Positions 50,957-64,000 of a DNA stretch of 64,000 nucleotides are shown one piece after another. Positions within the stretch are counted from its first letter, which is position 1; the number at the start of each line of letters is the position of its first letter. A program made the translations under genes and the position numbers. Location: NCBI RefSeq assembly GCF_002113885.1, contig NW_018407435.1, positions 1,320,958 to 1,384,957 on the forward strand, written 5' to 3'. The notes under the pieces were generated by a model. It ran no database searches. It had not been told where the DNA came from and saw nothing but the letters and a program-made list of their open reading frames with translations. Source of the stretch: Mizuhopecten yessoensis (Eukaryota).

Positions 50957-53184
50957 CAAAGTGTTACTCCTTTGTCTTGTGCTTTGAGATTTTACGGCTA
51001 GGGTCAAAGCTTGTTCATAGGTCGTGTGAGTCCTCAACAGTGGATTTACGGGAGATATGATGTGTGGACAATCCTTGACCCGCCTCTTACAATCAACTTT
51101 GACCATCTGGCAGCTGGATTATGTAAGACTGACCGACATTTGGCCTAGAGGACATGGTGTGCTGACTGGTGCAGGAGAACATTTTATCCTGGTGGTCATC
51201 ATCGTCATCACCCTTTTCTGCTGATGTATATTTATTTACACCATTGTAGTTGTTTTTGTTACTTTCACCGTGATGAATGTTAATTGTAAATAGATGTTTA
51301 TAATACATTAGTATACCTTATAAATTATTCTTAAATCACTTTTGTGCAATGAATCTAAAAATAAATCGGAAAAGGTTTTAAGACATATGTAATGGCAATT
51401 TATATTAGTTAAATACTGTTACAGAAAAAGACAAATATTTAAATAGGTGTGTTTAATTGGAATTTAATTGATATATAGTCAACTGCATGTATTGTGAAGC
51501 TCTTTTAGGCATCACAAGATCGTATGCAGATTTTCTTTACAATGTATTTTTACAGCTATAAAAGCTTAACACTGTTGGTGATAAAACATGTAACTTGATA
51601 TTAACTTCATAGAAATCATCCGGTTTGTTGTTCATACCACCAATATCCTTTTTGTCTTGAAAGTTTGCGTCTCGTTGAATAGAGGATCGTACACCTTGGG
51701 TTTTATCAACACATCAAAATATTAATGCTATTTACCACATGCATTTTCAATTTCTTATTAGATGTGGATGTGTTATTCTTTAATAATTGCAAATGGAACG
51801 CATATTTTATTTATCTCAAATTTGAGCTCTGCTCGAAGAGATATCATGCAATATTGCTGCTATGAGGACAACGCCAAAGTGGTCCGACATATCAAAATAT
51901 GACAGATGTTACTATGTAACACATACAGAATATTTACATGTACGTACCTTCGTAAGTCGCCGTGTGGTCAAGACAAAGGTAGGGTTTCAGCCCAGGTACG
52001 ACACAAAGTGGCTTCTGATAGGTATAGAACTGACACTGCTCAAACATGGCAATTTAGCTATCAATCGAACCTGATATGAAGTTCTCCCTAATCCCTAGCA
52101 AGTCAGCGTCTGTTGAAAATGGCAATTGTTGTTTGTTGAGATATTTCTAATGACTGTGATTTTCCCAAACTCTACATAGTCAAGGATATCAAGGACGACA
52201 CCTGATAATGATGGTCCCATACGCCTGCGAATCATTGAACTTTCATTCATTTTGCAACTTTTTCATCAAATTTTGTTGAAGGTACATGGAGTTGACTTCA
52301 GAACTATCAAATATCCTCTCCTCAATACCTTCAACAATACTAATATTGATTAGAATACCAATTACAATGTGGAAATTATTGATTTACCTGTCCCTCCCCT
52401 CATTTCTTTCTCTTACCAGACCATATCACCCTTTATCTGTCTCATTCAGATGACCACTGATGACTGCTAGTTGAATTTGCCTGAAATATCTAATAGTGGT
52501 TGTCTTTTGTAATAGTGGTGTCTTAAGTTCGCTCCACCTTGGTTCCCCTTACCAATGATTACTGTATACTGGAAACTTTTGCACTTCACGGGTAAAATCC
52601 ATATTCACCCAGAGTTATTTTCTACCGTAACATGTCATTACAATGTATGGCATGTATTGAACTGAAGTACCCTACTAAGATAATTTTGTCCTCATTCAGA
52701 GAACGAAAAGGCAAAAGTTGAACTGCGATAAACATTTCCTGGCATACAGTATTCATCTTAAGGAAACAAGTGTGTTTAATATTGAATCCTACGATACCAT
52801 AACTCAGTACAGGTATTAGGATCTCAATATGTTGAGCATCATAGTAAATAAAGGTTTGGTTTTGATAAAATTGTTATGCACTTAGGTTGGAGTCTGGACA
52901 ATGATTTTTCAATACCGTAATATTTGTTGAAAAAACTTCTTATCTTTTAGCAAGGATTATTCTCGTATCTGTAGATTTTTAACTCTGAACTTGTGCCAAA
53001 CACTTACTCTCTGTGATCAGTCCAGTGAATATCAGTATGATGTAGTTTTAACTCTTTCACTTCATGCTATTAATCACTGTTATTTATTTTTAATGTCAAT
53101 ATAGATTTTGAAAAAGTTTTCTTAACCAATTTCAAGTGAATCATTTTATTGAATATTTTAACAAACACGTGCATGTAACATTTG

Positions 53185-53373
53185 TTATTTTGTCTTTGCG
53201 TATTGCAGAGTTATCTTCTCTTGGGAGCAGGTATTGATTGTTACGTCATTGGTTTGTGCGAGAACATACCTTGTTTTCTCAAAAATTGATGATGTTACTC
53301 TTGCAAACAAGTAACGTAACAATCAATACCTGCTCCCAAGAGAAGATAACTGCAATACGCAAAGACGGAATAA
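53185..53373. mobile_element. Palindromic MITE (family P, copy 2)
   Basis: Same arms as 17903-18094. Confidence 0.9.
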
Positions 53374-53682
53374 GCTCATCTGGTACAAAATATCTGGGTG
53401 AGCTTATGCTGTGGTGCTTCATCTGATGTCTCAACATTTTTGTAAAACAATATCTCTCAAACTATTGAGCAGATTTCAACCAAATCTTGGTGGCAGGATG
53501 GGAATTAAAAGTAAAATAAGAAAGAAGCTGACAATGCTTGGAGCTGAAGGGTAGGGTGAAAAGGCTGACTTGTATTTTAAATACATCACCTCCTAAGCAA
53601 CTGTGCAAATTTCAACCTAAAATAAAAGCTTCACTTTTAAAATAGCCAGGTGAGCAATTTAGGTCTGCAATGGCCTCTTGTT
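53374..53682 (+). mobile_element. Short Helentron-like element
   Basis: AGCTCATCTG..GGTGAGCT head; CCAGGTGAGCAATTTAGGTCTGCAATGGCCTCTTGTT end. Confidence 0.65.
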
Positions 53683-53988
53683 AAAGATACAGCTTATGTT
53701 GTTATTTTATTTTGATAAAAGTGAAATTGGTTCTCCCTAATACAACTATTGTAATGGTTGTATACATTTACAAGTACCAGTTGTATATACAACTCTCTGT
53801 AACTTGTGATCTACGATAAGATGTACAACTGCTATATTATATAACTGTTGTAACGTGAGATACTCCTACTCTGATGTAGAACTCCTATCCTTCAAATACA
53901 ATACTTTTATTGTTGTGACATTATGTGATAGACAATGCTGTCTCAGACTGTTTCTTGTTAAAGTTATAAGTTCTTAAGCCTGGAATGG

Positions 53989-54030
53989 AATAAAAGCGAT
54001 TATTTATTATTTATTTGTTATTTGTGCTTT
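53989..54030 (+). terminator. Candidate polyadenylation signal of the PDE gene
   Basis: AATAAA at about 53989 followed by a T/GT-rich tract; an alternative AATAAA lies at about 51360. Confidence 0.35.
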
Positions 54031-55399
54031 TTACTAAAAACCTAAGGAATATTAACAGTGGTATGTCTTATTAACCAATCCACAGGTGTATCTACCAACA
54101 ATACAGTTTTCAAAATTATGTGGGTCTTACATCCCATGTTGAACTTGACTGGGCCCAATTGATGGACCCAGCTTATCAGCTAAGGCTTGTTTCATAAAAT
54201 GTTGGTGAAAATCCTCTTTTTTGAAAAGTCTGTTGAAGGTTTTGCACTCTTAGACCTCGTATAGTCCAGCAATACAGCCCCTTCTTGAGTAGAAGTTATG
54301 TGATCCTAATTATGTAAGCATCATTTCATGAAATGTTGGTGAAAATCTGCCTGTTAGTTTCTGAGAGAAGTCTTTTCAAGGTTTTATGAGCCTTATGGCC
54401 CAGCCCCTCGGTTCCCTTAGGGGTCGACTCGTCCGGAGTATGCATTCTGATCCTCACCTCAGGCTGATGATAAATACCAATTTTTTATCAGAATCTAAAG
54501 ATGGTTTCCGAGGAAGAAGATGAAATGTGTTTTTTTTATGCATGACGGATGACATCCGAAGCACTACAGCAGAAATGCACTTGCAACAGATCACTCAGGT
54601 GACCTAAATATAGGCCAAAACTGCCCTGAATTCCCCTATCTATGGCCAAAACAGTTATCAATTTTATGCTTCAGTTTTTTTACATGCATTTGATTTCTGT
54701 AACATTCAAGGATTTGTAAGATGGAACATCAAAGTCCACAAGCTTTGATTTAAAATGCTATATATATAATTTAAACATCAAGCAATCTAACCACCTAAAT
54801 ATGGAAGTACCAATACCGTCATTGGAAACATTTACATTTTTTCGTGAGCACACTGCCAGGCTTGTCACAGAATATAACGCATCATTAATTTATAGGAACA
54901 TTTACTTTATTTCTCTTGAATCTACCTGGTACATGTAAATGAAGTGTGTTGCATTCATGACAGAAAGCATGACCTACGGTAACGTATTCTTACTCTCAAA
55001 TGCCGAACTTTCTAAGTTCACACCCTGGTACTACGATTCAGTACAACCTTGTAACAGTTAAACATTTTACATAGCCCCAACAGCAAAAATCACATGATCC
55101 CCAAAATCAATCATTAATGAGTTTTCAATCAAATGTTTAATGAATATGAAAATCCTTCAAGTTGATTCCCTACACAGATCCTTCATACAAACATAACTAA
55201 AACAATTATCCCCCTTTCAGTTTTCAAAATGAAGCCAAACATTTTTTTTCTCAAAGAAATGCTTTGTTATGCAATCTCACTTACAATATGTTGTCTCCTA
55301 ATCATGAAGCATATAATCTTGTCAAATAGTTTTCATTTTTTGGTCACAATTACGACTACCGTGCTTACAATATAGCTACATGTATACAGCACACACAGG

Positions 55400-55590
55400 T
55401 ATTCCATCTTTGCGTATTGCAGAGGTATCTTCTCTTGTGAGCAGGTATTGATTGTTAAGTCATTGGTCTGTGTGAGAAATTTTCGTCGTTTTCTCAAATA
55501 TTGATGACATTACTCTCGCAAACAAATGACGTAACAATCAATACCTGCTCAACAAGAGCAGATAACTCTGCAATACGAAAAGACGGAATA
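55400..55590. mobile_element. Palindromic MITE (family P, copy 3)
   Basis: Same arms as 17903-18094. Confidence 0.9.
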
Positions 55591-56593
55591 GGCAAAATAT
55601 AGTTTTCAAATCACCACAAATATTTAAGCTTATATATATCTATATACCAGGTATGTAGAAACTACTGAAAATATTACCAAACTTTTCAATATAAGAAATT
55701 GACAAAACAGATGGAATAATTTGGACTAAATGTCATGGTGCTGTAACCTAAATCCATACTCTGTTAATGTGCAAGATGGAACAATTACAAACAAATTACA
55801 TTGGTTTTTAACATTGCATAATCATACAATTAAACAGGATTAATTCTCATAAAGGTCAACATGCACGTCAAGACATATTCTCAATATGTAACACCAAGAA
55901 ACTGAGGGAGAAACGGAGGGTTTGTTTTATTATCAACAGAAATGCATCTAAATGCTATGACTATAATTTAATGTACTTTTCACAATTTAAAAAAAAAAGG
56001 GATTTGATAATTTTTCTTATGAATCATAGATGAAAATCATAGGATTTATTGTTCTTGTGACAAGTTAAACTTTTATTTACAGATTAAAACGTTATTTGGG
56101 TTTTTAAATGCTGATGAAAAAAGATTATGTCCAGTTACTACCTGTACACAGAATAGAGTTGTCTCCCCTCATGCACACATTGAACACGGCTATTATAATT
56201 TAGTGTCTAGGCTCGAAAAGACATTCTTTTGGTTGATTCTTAAATTTTTTACACCATGAGAGAATAATTGTACAAGATTATGACAACAACACACATGAAA
56301 TGCTTTGTTCTGATACAAAAGATTATTTTAAGTAAATGAAGGATCTTGACAAATACACAATTTTCATAATCAGAATATGCTATAAACAACCGTTAAAACT
56401 AAGTCATATATCAGAGGATATGGATACTAACAGTACAAGTGATATGTTAAAATAAACTTCAAACAAGTTTTACATTGTAAAATTAATTACATAATCAATA
56501 ATAAATCATGTATTATTAAAATCAACAGACTAGAGTAGAAATACATTTTGATTGGTAAAAAAATCATCATAGACCTGCTACTTGTGTTAGTTT

Positions 56594-57004
56594 TTAAGGT
56601 AAGGGGTACATACCGCGGCATCGGTTATAATCTTGAAAAAGACTTCTACTGGTTTTTGACATGGAGTACTCTCCCTTGTATATAGAAGATGAAGCAGTTC
56701 CATTGCCAATATATTCATTTCTGTGTTCAATGGTGTTTTTTTTGCAACCCCAAAGTACGACTTTTAATTTTGAAATCGATAATTTGTAATTCTTAGTATA
56801 GTGTAGGATGGGCCGTGTGAAGGTCCCAAGTTCGAATCCAGCAATATTTGATTTTTTTCATACATTTTTTTTCCATTTTTGAATTTTCAAATTTTGAAAA
56901 ACTGTTATCAACTAAAATGCATTGGATCAAATACAGAATGTTCTTTTGGAAATAATTTTCATACCAGGGACATTAGTTACATTACATGGTACCCTTTATC
57001 TTAA
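56594..57004. mobile_element. TIR element, Kolobok-like
   Basis: TTAA|GGTAAGGGGTAC ... GTACCCTTTATC|TTAA; same termini as 21256-21690. Confidence 0.7.
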
Positions 57005-59611
57005 AAACTGTTTTCTGCCCTATACGGTGCATGACACTGCTCTGATGACAAAAAAAAATAGACATAAAACATGTACAACTATATTAAATCAAGCATAACT
57101 AAATGTAAATACATGTATATTTTCAAATATTCTATTTTGTATCTTTTGAAAACTGTACTTATGGATGTTTGTTTTCATTAATTTTATAATCATTGTAAAT
57201 TTAAAGAACATTAAATTTCATAAAACAACATTATAATTTCAGACAGTAAGTGTTCATAAGAGGATGAACATCAATTAATGATTAAGCAGAACTTTATTAA
57301 TTATAAAAGAAGTAATATTTTTGCGTAAGTGATATTACCAATCACAACTATAATGTATATATATATAGGACGCAGACAACAAACCTTTTCATGCGTCTCA
57401 GTACTGGAATTGTAAAAAAGCACCTGTTTAAAAATGTTGTACACATATATAAAAAAAAATCTTTGAATTACGAAACGCGTACACAAAGTGCAGTGTATAT
57501 ATACATACATTGTTATATACAATTCTATATACATGGTTATTAATACAATGCAACAATACAAAAATATACTTACTCCACATGTACATAACATATGTACAAA
57601 CATCTCTACAACCTAAAGCAATCTGCCCACTAACCCTGTGATAATTAAAGTCAGTTACTGTTTAGTCCCCACATATTTCCTATGGGCAGATAACATTATC
57701 TTGCAGTCGAGTCAACTCTGCCATTCCTACAACCGGAACAGGATTCTTTAGATAAAGCTATTTCTGCAATAATTCATCAACACACAGACATTTGTATCAT
57801 CTTTAGATAACATGGTTAGTTTTTTTGTAAAGAGCAATATGATCTTCATAAAATACTCACTTTACTATAGAGCATAAAAAGAGTTAGTCTACTTAACTGT
57901 GCAAAGGGAGATAACTCAATTATATGAAGTATGGGCATATTTTAATATTTATTTGGATAGTGTGCAATTCAGTTCCATTTTTTATTAATGTGCATTCTCT
58001 TTTTAAAAAAATTAAATTTATTTCTGAAAACTGTCCAAAATTATCGCCTTTATATCGTTACCCTTCTTAAAAAAATACAAATGTTCATTTTTCGGACAAT
58101 ATATATTTTCATTTTCATTTTTGTATCAAATGATATTAAGTAGTGCTCAGCAAGCAAGCTTTAATTAATGATAATTGGTCCAAATAATCACAAGATTCAA
58201 ATATCTGAAGTGTATTATTCACACAGTAGTAGTGTATCCTTGTAATCCCATTTAGAAGGACCGAAACCCCTTGGTCCTACAAATGTATTTCAGAATGAAA
58301 AAAATTACAAGTGTATGTATATGTAGTAGGGATTAAATCATAGGTACATTGGAAGGACTTCCTGTAGTGGCGCTTTTCTAACTTTTCTTTGACATCATAT
58401 TCACCAAAATGTCCGATGTATGTTGTTTATGTTCAATACATTTTCTTCACCACTTAATTTCTGATACCTAACATCCCTAAAGTGCCTCACAAAATGGCTA
58501 GATTGAAAGGTCAAAATTGACGGAGAAAAGTTGCAATGATGCAACATTAATTACTCTATCGTGAAATGTTGCACAACAGTCATGGGAATGTTAAGTGTTT
58601 TGAGATCTCATGTGATCAAACACTTGCAGCATGTTTAACCGTACATTCCGGGTTGTAATGTAGTTGTATATACAGGAATTGTATCTAGTGATCAAGGCAA
58701 AAAATTCCTTGCGTCCTGAAAAATATACTAACATTGTAAATGTTTCAGGGTAAAGAACACTAACAGCTGAACATGTATACTGTAACAGTAACCTATGATA
58801 AATAGTGACTAGCCACACACACATATATAGTAAAACACAACCTACTCAGTAAAAACGTGCACGCTGTGCAACACATAACATCAAAGTAAAAATAATACAT
58901 AGTCAGTATTTGGTATTAAGTTAATCCCGATAAATGACAGGCCGGATGTACACATAAATCCATCAGATAAATAAACAACCTGTGTGATTGGATTCAATTT
59001 TCATGCCAAATTGCCCTTGATATTCATTGCCCTCTGGTTATAACTGACCTTGAACTTCCACTGTGACCTTAATTTTCGAGGCAGTGGTAACATTAGTGTA
59101 TACCTTACTGAACTGGACGAACTTTACTCAAGTCACATCAGTCCACACACAATGTTGCTGGTCCAGTAAAGCATATGTCTTTCACCAACATGACCAGGGT
59201 TTGATTTCCCCATAGGATGTGTAAGTGTGTGCACAATGCCCAACCACATTGGTTTTGTCAGAATGCAGAGATTTCCTGTGTCAGGCCAGCGAAAGTGATT
59301 TAAAACATTTAGAGGATCAACAAATTAATGTCAATAGTTAGAAAACAATGCCCATGTAATAATGACAGACCTGACCTGTGAGTTTGACTTGCCATTACTG
59401 AGAGTGGTACGAGGAAAAATGTTGATTTACTATTTTGGAAGGATATCTTCCATGGACAGGTCTATTGTGAGACAGACTCCTCAATAAATCTAACGAGCAG
59501 ACTAGAAAAACATTACAGAATTTGTGTGCAAAGGGTTAACCTACTAACCAATAGTATATATACAGGGTAGCTAACTATTTCTGGCTTGGAACTAAAATAT
59601 AATTGTATAGT

Positions 59612-59830
59612 ATGGTTTGTTTGTGTTTTACGTCCTATTATATTAACAGCTATGGTCATTTAAGGACGTGCCAGGTTTTGGTGGTGGAGGAAAGCCAGAG
59701 TTCCCGGAGAAAGACCACTGACCTAAGGCCAGTACCTGGCAACTGCCCCACGTTGGTCTCGAACCCGACCCAGTTGTGGAGGGCTAGTGGTAGCAGAAAG
59801 GCAGACGCCTTAACAACTTGGCCCCCCCCA
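59612..59830 (-). mobile_element. tRNA-derived SINE (family A)
   Basis: Reverse complement matches 686-871 and carries an extra internal segment of about 35 bp. Confidence 0.85.
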
Positions 59831-60534
59831 TAATTATATTGTTATAAGTTAAATGACTGATACAGAATATCCACAATATCAGACTTACAGGACTAGTAAT
59901 ATAGATCATTCACATTAATTTGAATTTACAAAATTTTGTTAATTACAACCAAATCTAAAACACCTTATCTTGGAATTACAGAATACAATTTAATTCTGTT
60001 GTGAAAACCAGTTCCTCAAACAATAACCAGACCTCAAGTTACAGGATTAACAGAGCCTGGATCAAGTCTAGTGTATGGGGCAGGTTTTTTATATATCTAT
60101 ATTATCATAATCTTAGTGTGGGCTGCATCAACTACTGCTGTGAATCCCCGGGGTCTCACCTTTGGGGGAGGGGGGGTTGTTCTGCATAATAGATTGCATC
60201 AAACATTACCACACAACAGACTGATCCCCTACCAGGAGAAAGGATTAGATACAAGGACTTGTGTGAAGTTATGCATGAATGATTACTCTTGTGAGAAATC
60301 TTGAAAGCTCAATTCTATAAATTTAAAATTTATCACAAGTGACCATATATATACTTAGTACATTCCCAGTACTCACTGATCAGGCAAATATTGTAAATAT
60401 CATTTCATGGCAAGAATTATCAAATATGGCAAGTAATCTGTAGTATATATTGTCTATAAAACTAAGTATCTATCTACCACATAGCACAAGGGGGTCATTT
60501 AATTATCCCTAGTTTTATAGTCTTAAGTACATTT

Positions 60535-60624
60535 TACCTCATTCACCCCTGAAATTTCATAATCAACTATTCCAACCTTTGAATTGGAAGAGTCCAAATG
60601 TGTCATCAGGGGTGGATGAGTTAA
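60535..60624. mobile_element. About 90-bp micro-MITE (piggyBac-like TTAA flank)
   Basis: CTCATTCACCCCTGA ... TCAGGGGTGGATGAG|TTAA; a related degenerate element lies at about 45106-45190. Confidence 0.6.
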
Positions 60625-61500
60625 TGAGTATGCCACGTAAACTAAAACAAAAGGCTAAGATGTGCATTCATCGGCTAAGTTTATGGAAGATTTTTTAAAT
60701 AATCGAATTTCGGAGCAGTATCTTTGTATAATCTTGAAAATGTTTACAATGATATAAATGTTAGCGTGACTGACATTTCGTGTACGTGAGCTGGAGGAAT
60801 GTTTTCAGATAAACGGGAACTATTTGCTTTATGTGGTCTGTTTTTCGCAGATGTCTGCTTTCAGCCTGGGAATGTTGTTTGAGCGGAATGTATCAGATTT
60901 AAAAAAGTAAATCACATTTCACACTGTGTGTGAGGGAATCGTAAACAGGACTCAACTGAATTCTCTAAAGAATTCACAGGCAAGGTCTTCAACATAATAC
61001 GAATAACTTTAAAACAATTTTGATCAAGTGTTTAAGCATGTGATATATAACCTCATAAAAAATATTTCATTAACAATATGAGGGTGACATCAATATAACA
61101 AACAAGCACACAATCACTTCTTTGTCAATACCAAACAGACGAAAACAATCTGTAACCTGTTGTGTAATCACAAAGTTAAAAGGTCATGACCTTCAAAACA
61201 ACCCCAAGTTTACACTCATCATTATAACTGTATGCAAATGAACTTTAAACAGTGCAAATGAAATAAAAATTGATTGTAAATACTTAAATACTTGGAAAAT
61301 GTAAAAAAAAAAAAAAAAAGTGCATGTTCTTTCAGTAACGATTATTATGAATGGTTCCTACAAAAGCCAGCCAGCTGGCAAGGAAACATTCCTGGTCCCC
61401 AGAAACATTGGGCATTAACAAATACAACTAAATGTGTAACAATGTGATAAAAACAGTCTTCGCTCTCTCAGTACTGTACAACTGATGCAAACAAAATCAG

Positions 61501-61764
61501 GGCCCGCATTCATGAAAACATTCTCAGACTCAAGCATGCATTTTGTGCTCATACTAGCCTCCTTCTAACTTACTTCAATCATGTCAAACAATCAAAAAGT
61601 CAAGTGGAAATATTGAAAACAGTATTCAGTTAAAGTCTCTTTAAAAAATAAAATTAAAAAAATCCAAATCATTTGAATTTTGTCTTCATTAATATCTGAA
61701 CAAGATCTTGGGCTTGAACACAGAATCTGAATTTGAGCATAAGACAGTTTCATGAATATGGGCC
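61501..61764. mobile_element. Harbinger-type MITE with CAG TSD
   Basis: CAG|GGCCCGCATTCATGAAA ... TTTCATGAATATGGGCC|CAG. Confidence 0.82.
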
Positions 61765-63134
61765 CAGTCTCTGGTTCCCAGAACACCACATGGCATGCTT
61801 TAATCACTCCTGGGGTTTGTGTTAAAATTACCCCCAGACACAGAGAGAGGTGAGAATGCACACATTTTCAAACATAATGCATTATCAATTATCTGGATGG
61901 ATTTTGGATTTCATAATTAAAATAGCTGTGATCAGAACTATCATCATTCATACTGCCGTTTTCTTGATCAAACACCTTTCTTGACATTCAGAAGCCATTA
62001 TATTTTTTGGCCCAACTTAAAATTTATCACTAGTTTATCGTATTAAAAATGTACCATGCAGCAAAATGTTCTTTGTCAAAATCAGATTAACTGTTCACTG
62101 AACTTTAGTAATTTTCCTTTTTTGTTCAGCAACATTATTTCATATGATAAATAAACAGGAAATAATATTCTTTTTGAAACAAATTCGAAAAAATGTGTGA
62201 AGATTAAATTCAGTAACGCTAACTGAACCTAGAACGTAGAGTGTTCAAAACTTCCTCAAACATTCCGAAAAGGCAGAGTGAAAAAGACAGACGGCTCTCT
62301 GAAATGATGCTTCAAATCACACCTATCAGGATTTCAAAAATAAATGTCTTCTCGCAAGCTTTCCTTACATTGCGTTTGTGTAGATGTGAGGTTCAAGTGA
62401 ATGTCAATTAAAACTTTGGATTAACAATATAAATACGTACAAAATACTAACGTTAAACAATGGAAATAAATCATGTTTACTATATTATCCAATCTGTTTG
62501 TTTAACTGATTACTGAGATACAAAAAAAAATCACACATTGACAATTCATTGGAATGTATGTATCAATCAATTTCATCAGAACTTTTAGTAAATATGTGGC
62601 ATAAAATTTCTAAAAAAAATAATTTAGCACTGATTTTCATTTGGTTTCGGTTTTTATACTTTGTAATCCTTCAAATCAAAATTTGAAACAGAAATCACTG
62701 AACACCGAGTAAATAAAGAAGTTAACTTAAAGAGATTATATATATGTATTAGATAACTATTCAAAAATCACAAATATTTCACACAGACATATTTTTACAA
62801 AACTGAACTTATAACCTAACCTGGGAAGGATTGGTGTCCTATTTCAATGTATCCGAATAAAAAATTCTAGACAAAAATAAAATCTTGAAAAATATATGTG
62901 ATTTATCAAATATGTTATGGATGGATTCGTACTAGCAAACTATTATGGCTTATATAATAAGAGTGGTCTTGTACCCAGTCAACATTTATCTGTTTTGGGT
63001 ACCTATATCTGACTCCATACAAGCTGGGAATGTAATCAGCTTATACCATGTAAGTCAATCTATTTTATTTTAACTACAAATAAAACAATGGGTTTTTTTG
63101 GTGGCAATGCAGTTAAATAGACTATTAATAAGTA

Positions 63135-63460
63135 TACCATTGGTCAGCTACAACCTATTGGAGATACCTAGGACTGGAATGGTCAAATATGCCGTCCCCC
63201 TGGAATGGTCAGACCAATATAATCCCTACAACCTGCTCTTGAGCTCATTCATTTTAGCTACAACCTAGCCTATTGGAGATACCTGGAATGGTCAAACGCC
63301 CTGAATCCCGTGGAATGGTCAGACCAATATAATCCCTACAACCTGCTCTTGAGCCCATTCATTTTAGCTACAACCTAGCCTATTGGAGATACCTGGAATG
63401 GACAAACGTCCTGAATCTCGTGGAATGGTCAGACCAATGTAATCCCTACAACCTGCTCTG
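63135..63460. repeat. About 120-bp tandem repeat, about 2.7 copies
   Basis: Repeated AGCTACAACCTA..TTGGAGATACCTGGAATGGTCAAA..GGAATGGTCAGACCAATATAATCCCTACAACCTGCTCT. Confidence 0.88.
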
Positions 63461-64000
63461 TATTCCTCGAATCAACTTAATCCTTAAAATCTACCTCTGT
63501 ATACCCCTCTAGGTGGTCAAACATAAGCAACCCTCCAGAGGGGTCAGACCATTGCGATGCCATCATCAACACACCATCTTCCATCTTTTACGAATCATGC
63601 GGCAATCTTTTTGAATCTAAACAAAGCTTTCAGTTTATAAATTCTCAAATGAAAAGACATTTAACTATTGTTTTAATTAGCCCTTCAATTAAATAGGTCA
63701 ATTTTTTATAAAATGTCCACTATTCAGTCGAATGCATCGATTGCCAGAATTTCATTTCACTTAGTACAATTCAAGTAATACAAGCAGTGACACAAATATT
63801 TCCGGTTACATATGATACAATGTATAGAACACATACTGACAAAATTTAGTGGGCTTCCTGTGATTACCATTAAAAACCTCAAAAGTTGAAACACTGGAAC
63901 CAAAAAGATTGTTGCATGGTCATAAAGAAAAAAGACATTTCGCGAAAAAAATAATCATAAAATTATTCTAAATTCCATAAACCAACATTATATACTCCAC

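Overview
AT-rich eukaryotic (invertebrate) genomic DNA; the SINE, MITE and Helentron-type repeat repertoire suggests a bivalve mollusc. One + strand multi-exon gene dominates the window: a GAF-A/GAF-B cyclic nucleotide phosphodiesterase of the PDE5/6/11 clade. Its CDS runs from ATG 13715 to TGA 50956, about 909-935 aa as reconstructed by hand with consistent splice phases, and ends in a polybasic CaaX tail ([12 protein letters not shown]), as in the invertebrate PDE5/6 (Drosophila Pde6) type. The unusual biology is in its splicing architecture. (1) A 21-copy, 44-bp tandem array is built from the gene's own 3' splice site plus the first six codons of a catalytic exon, so 15 decoy CAG acceptors precede the only productive one. 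(2) A duplicated, apparently mutually exclusive exon pair encodes the last catalytic-domain helix, with routes to prenylated or non-prenylated C-termini. (3) Several phase-0 cassette or microexon candidates lie in a GAF-B loop. The remainder is introns and intergenic DNA containing tRNA-derived SINEs, a LINE remnant, MITEs, nested non-autonomous DNA transposons, long hairpin elements and minisatellites. No prokaryotic features or CRISPR arrays are present.
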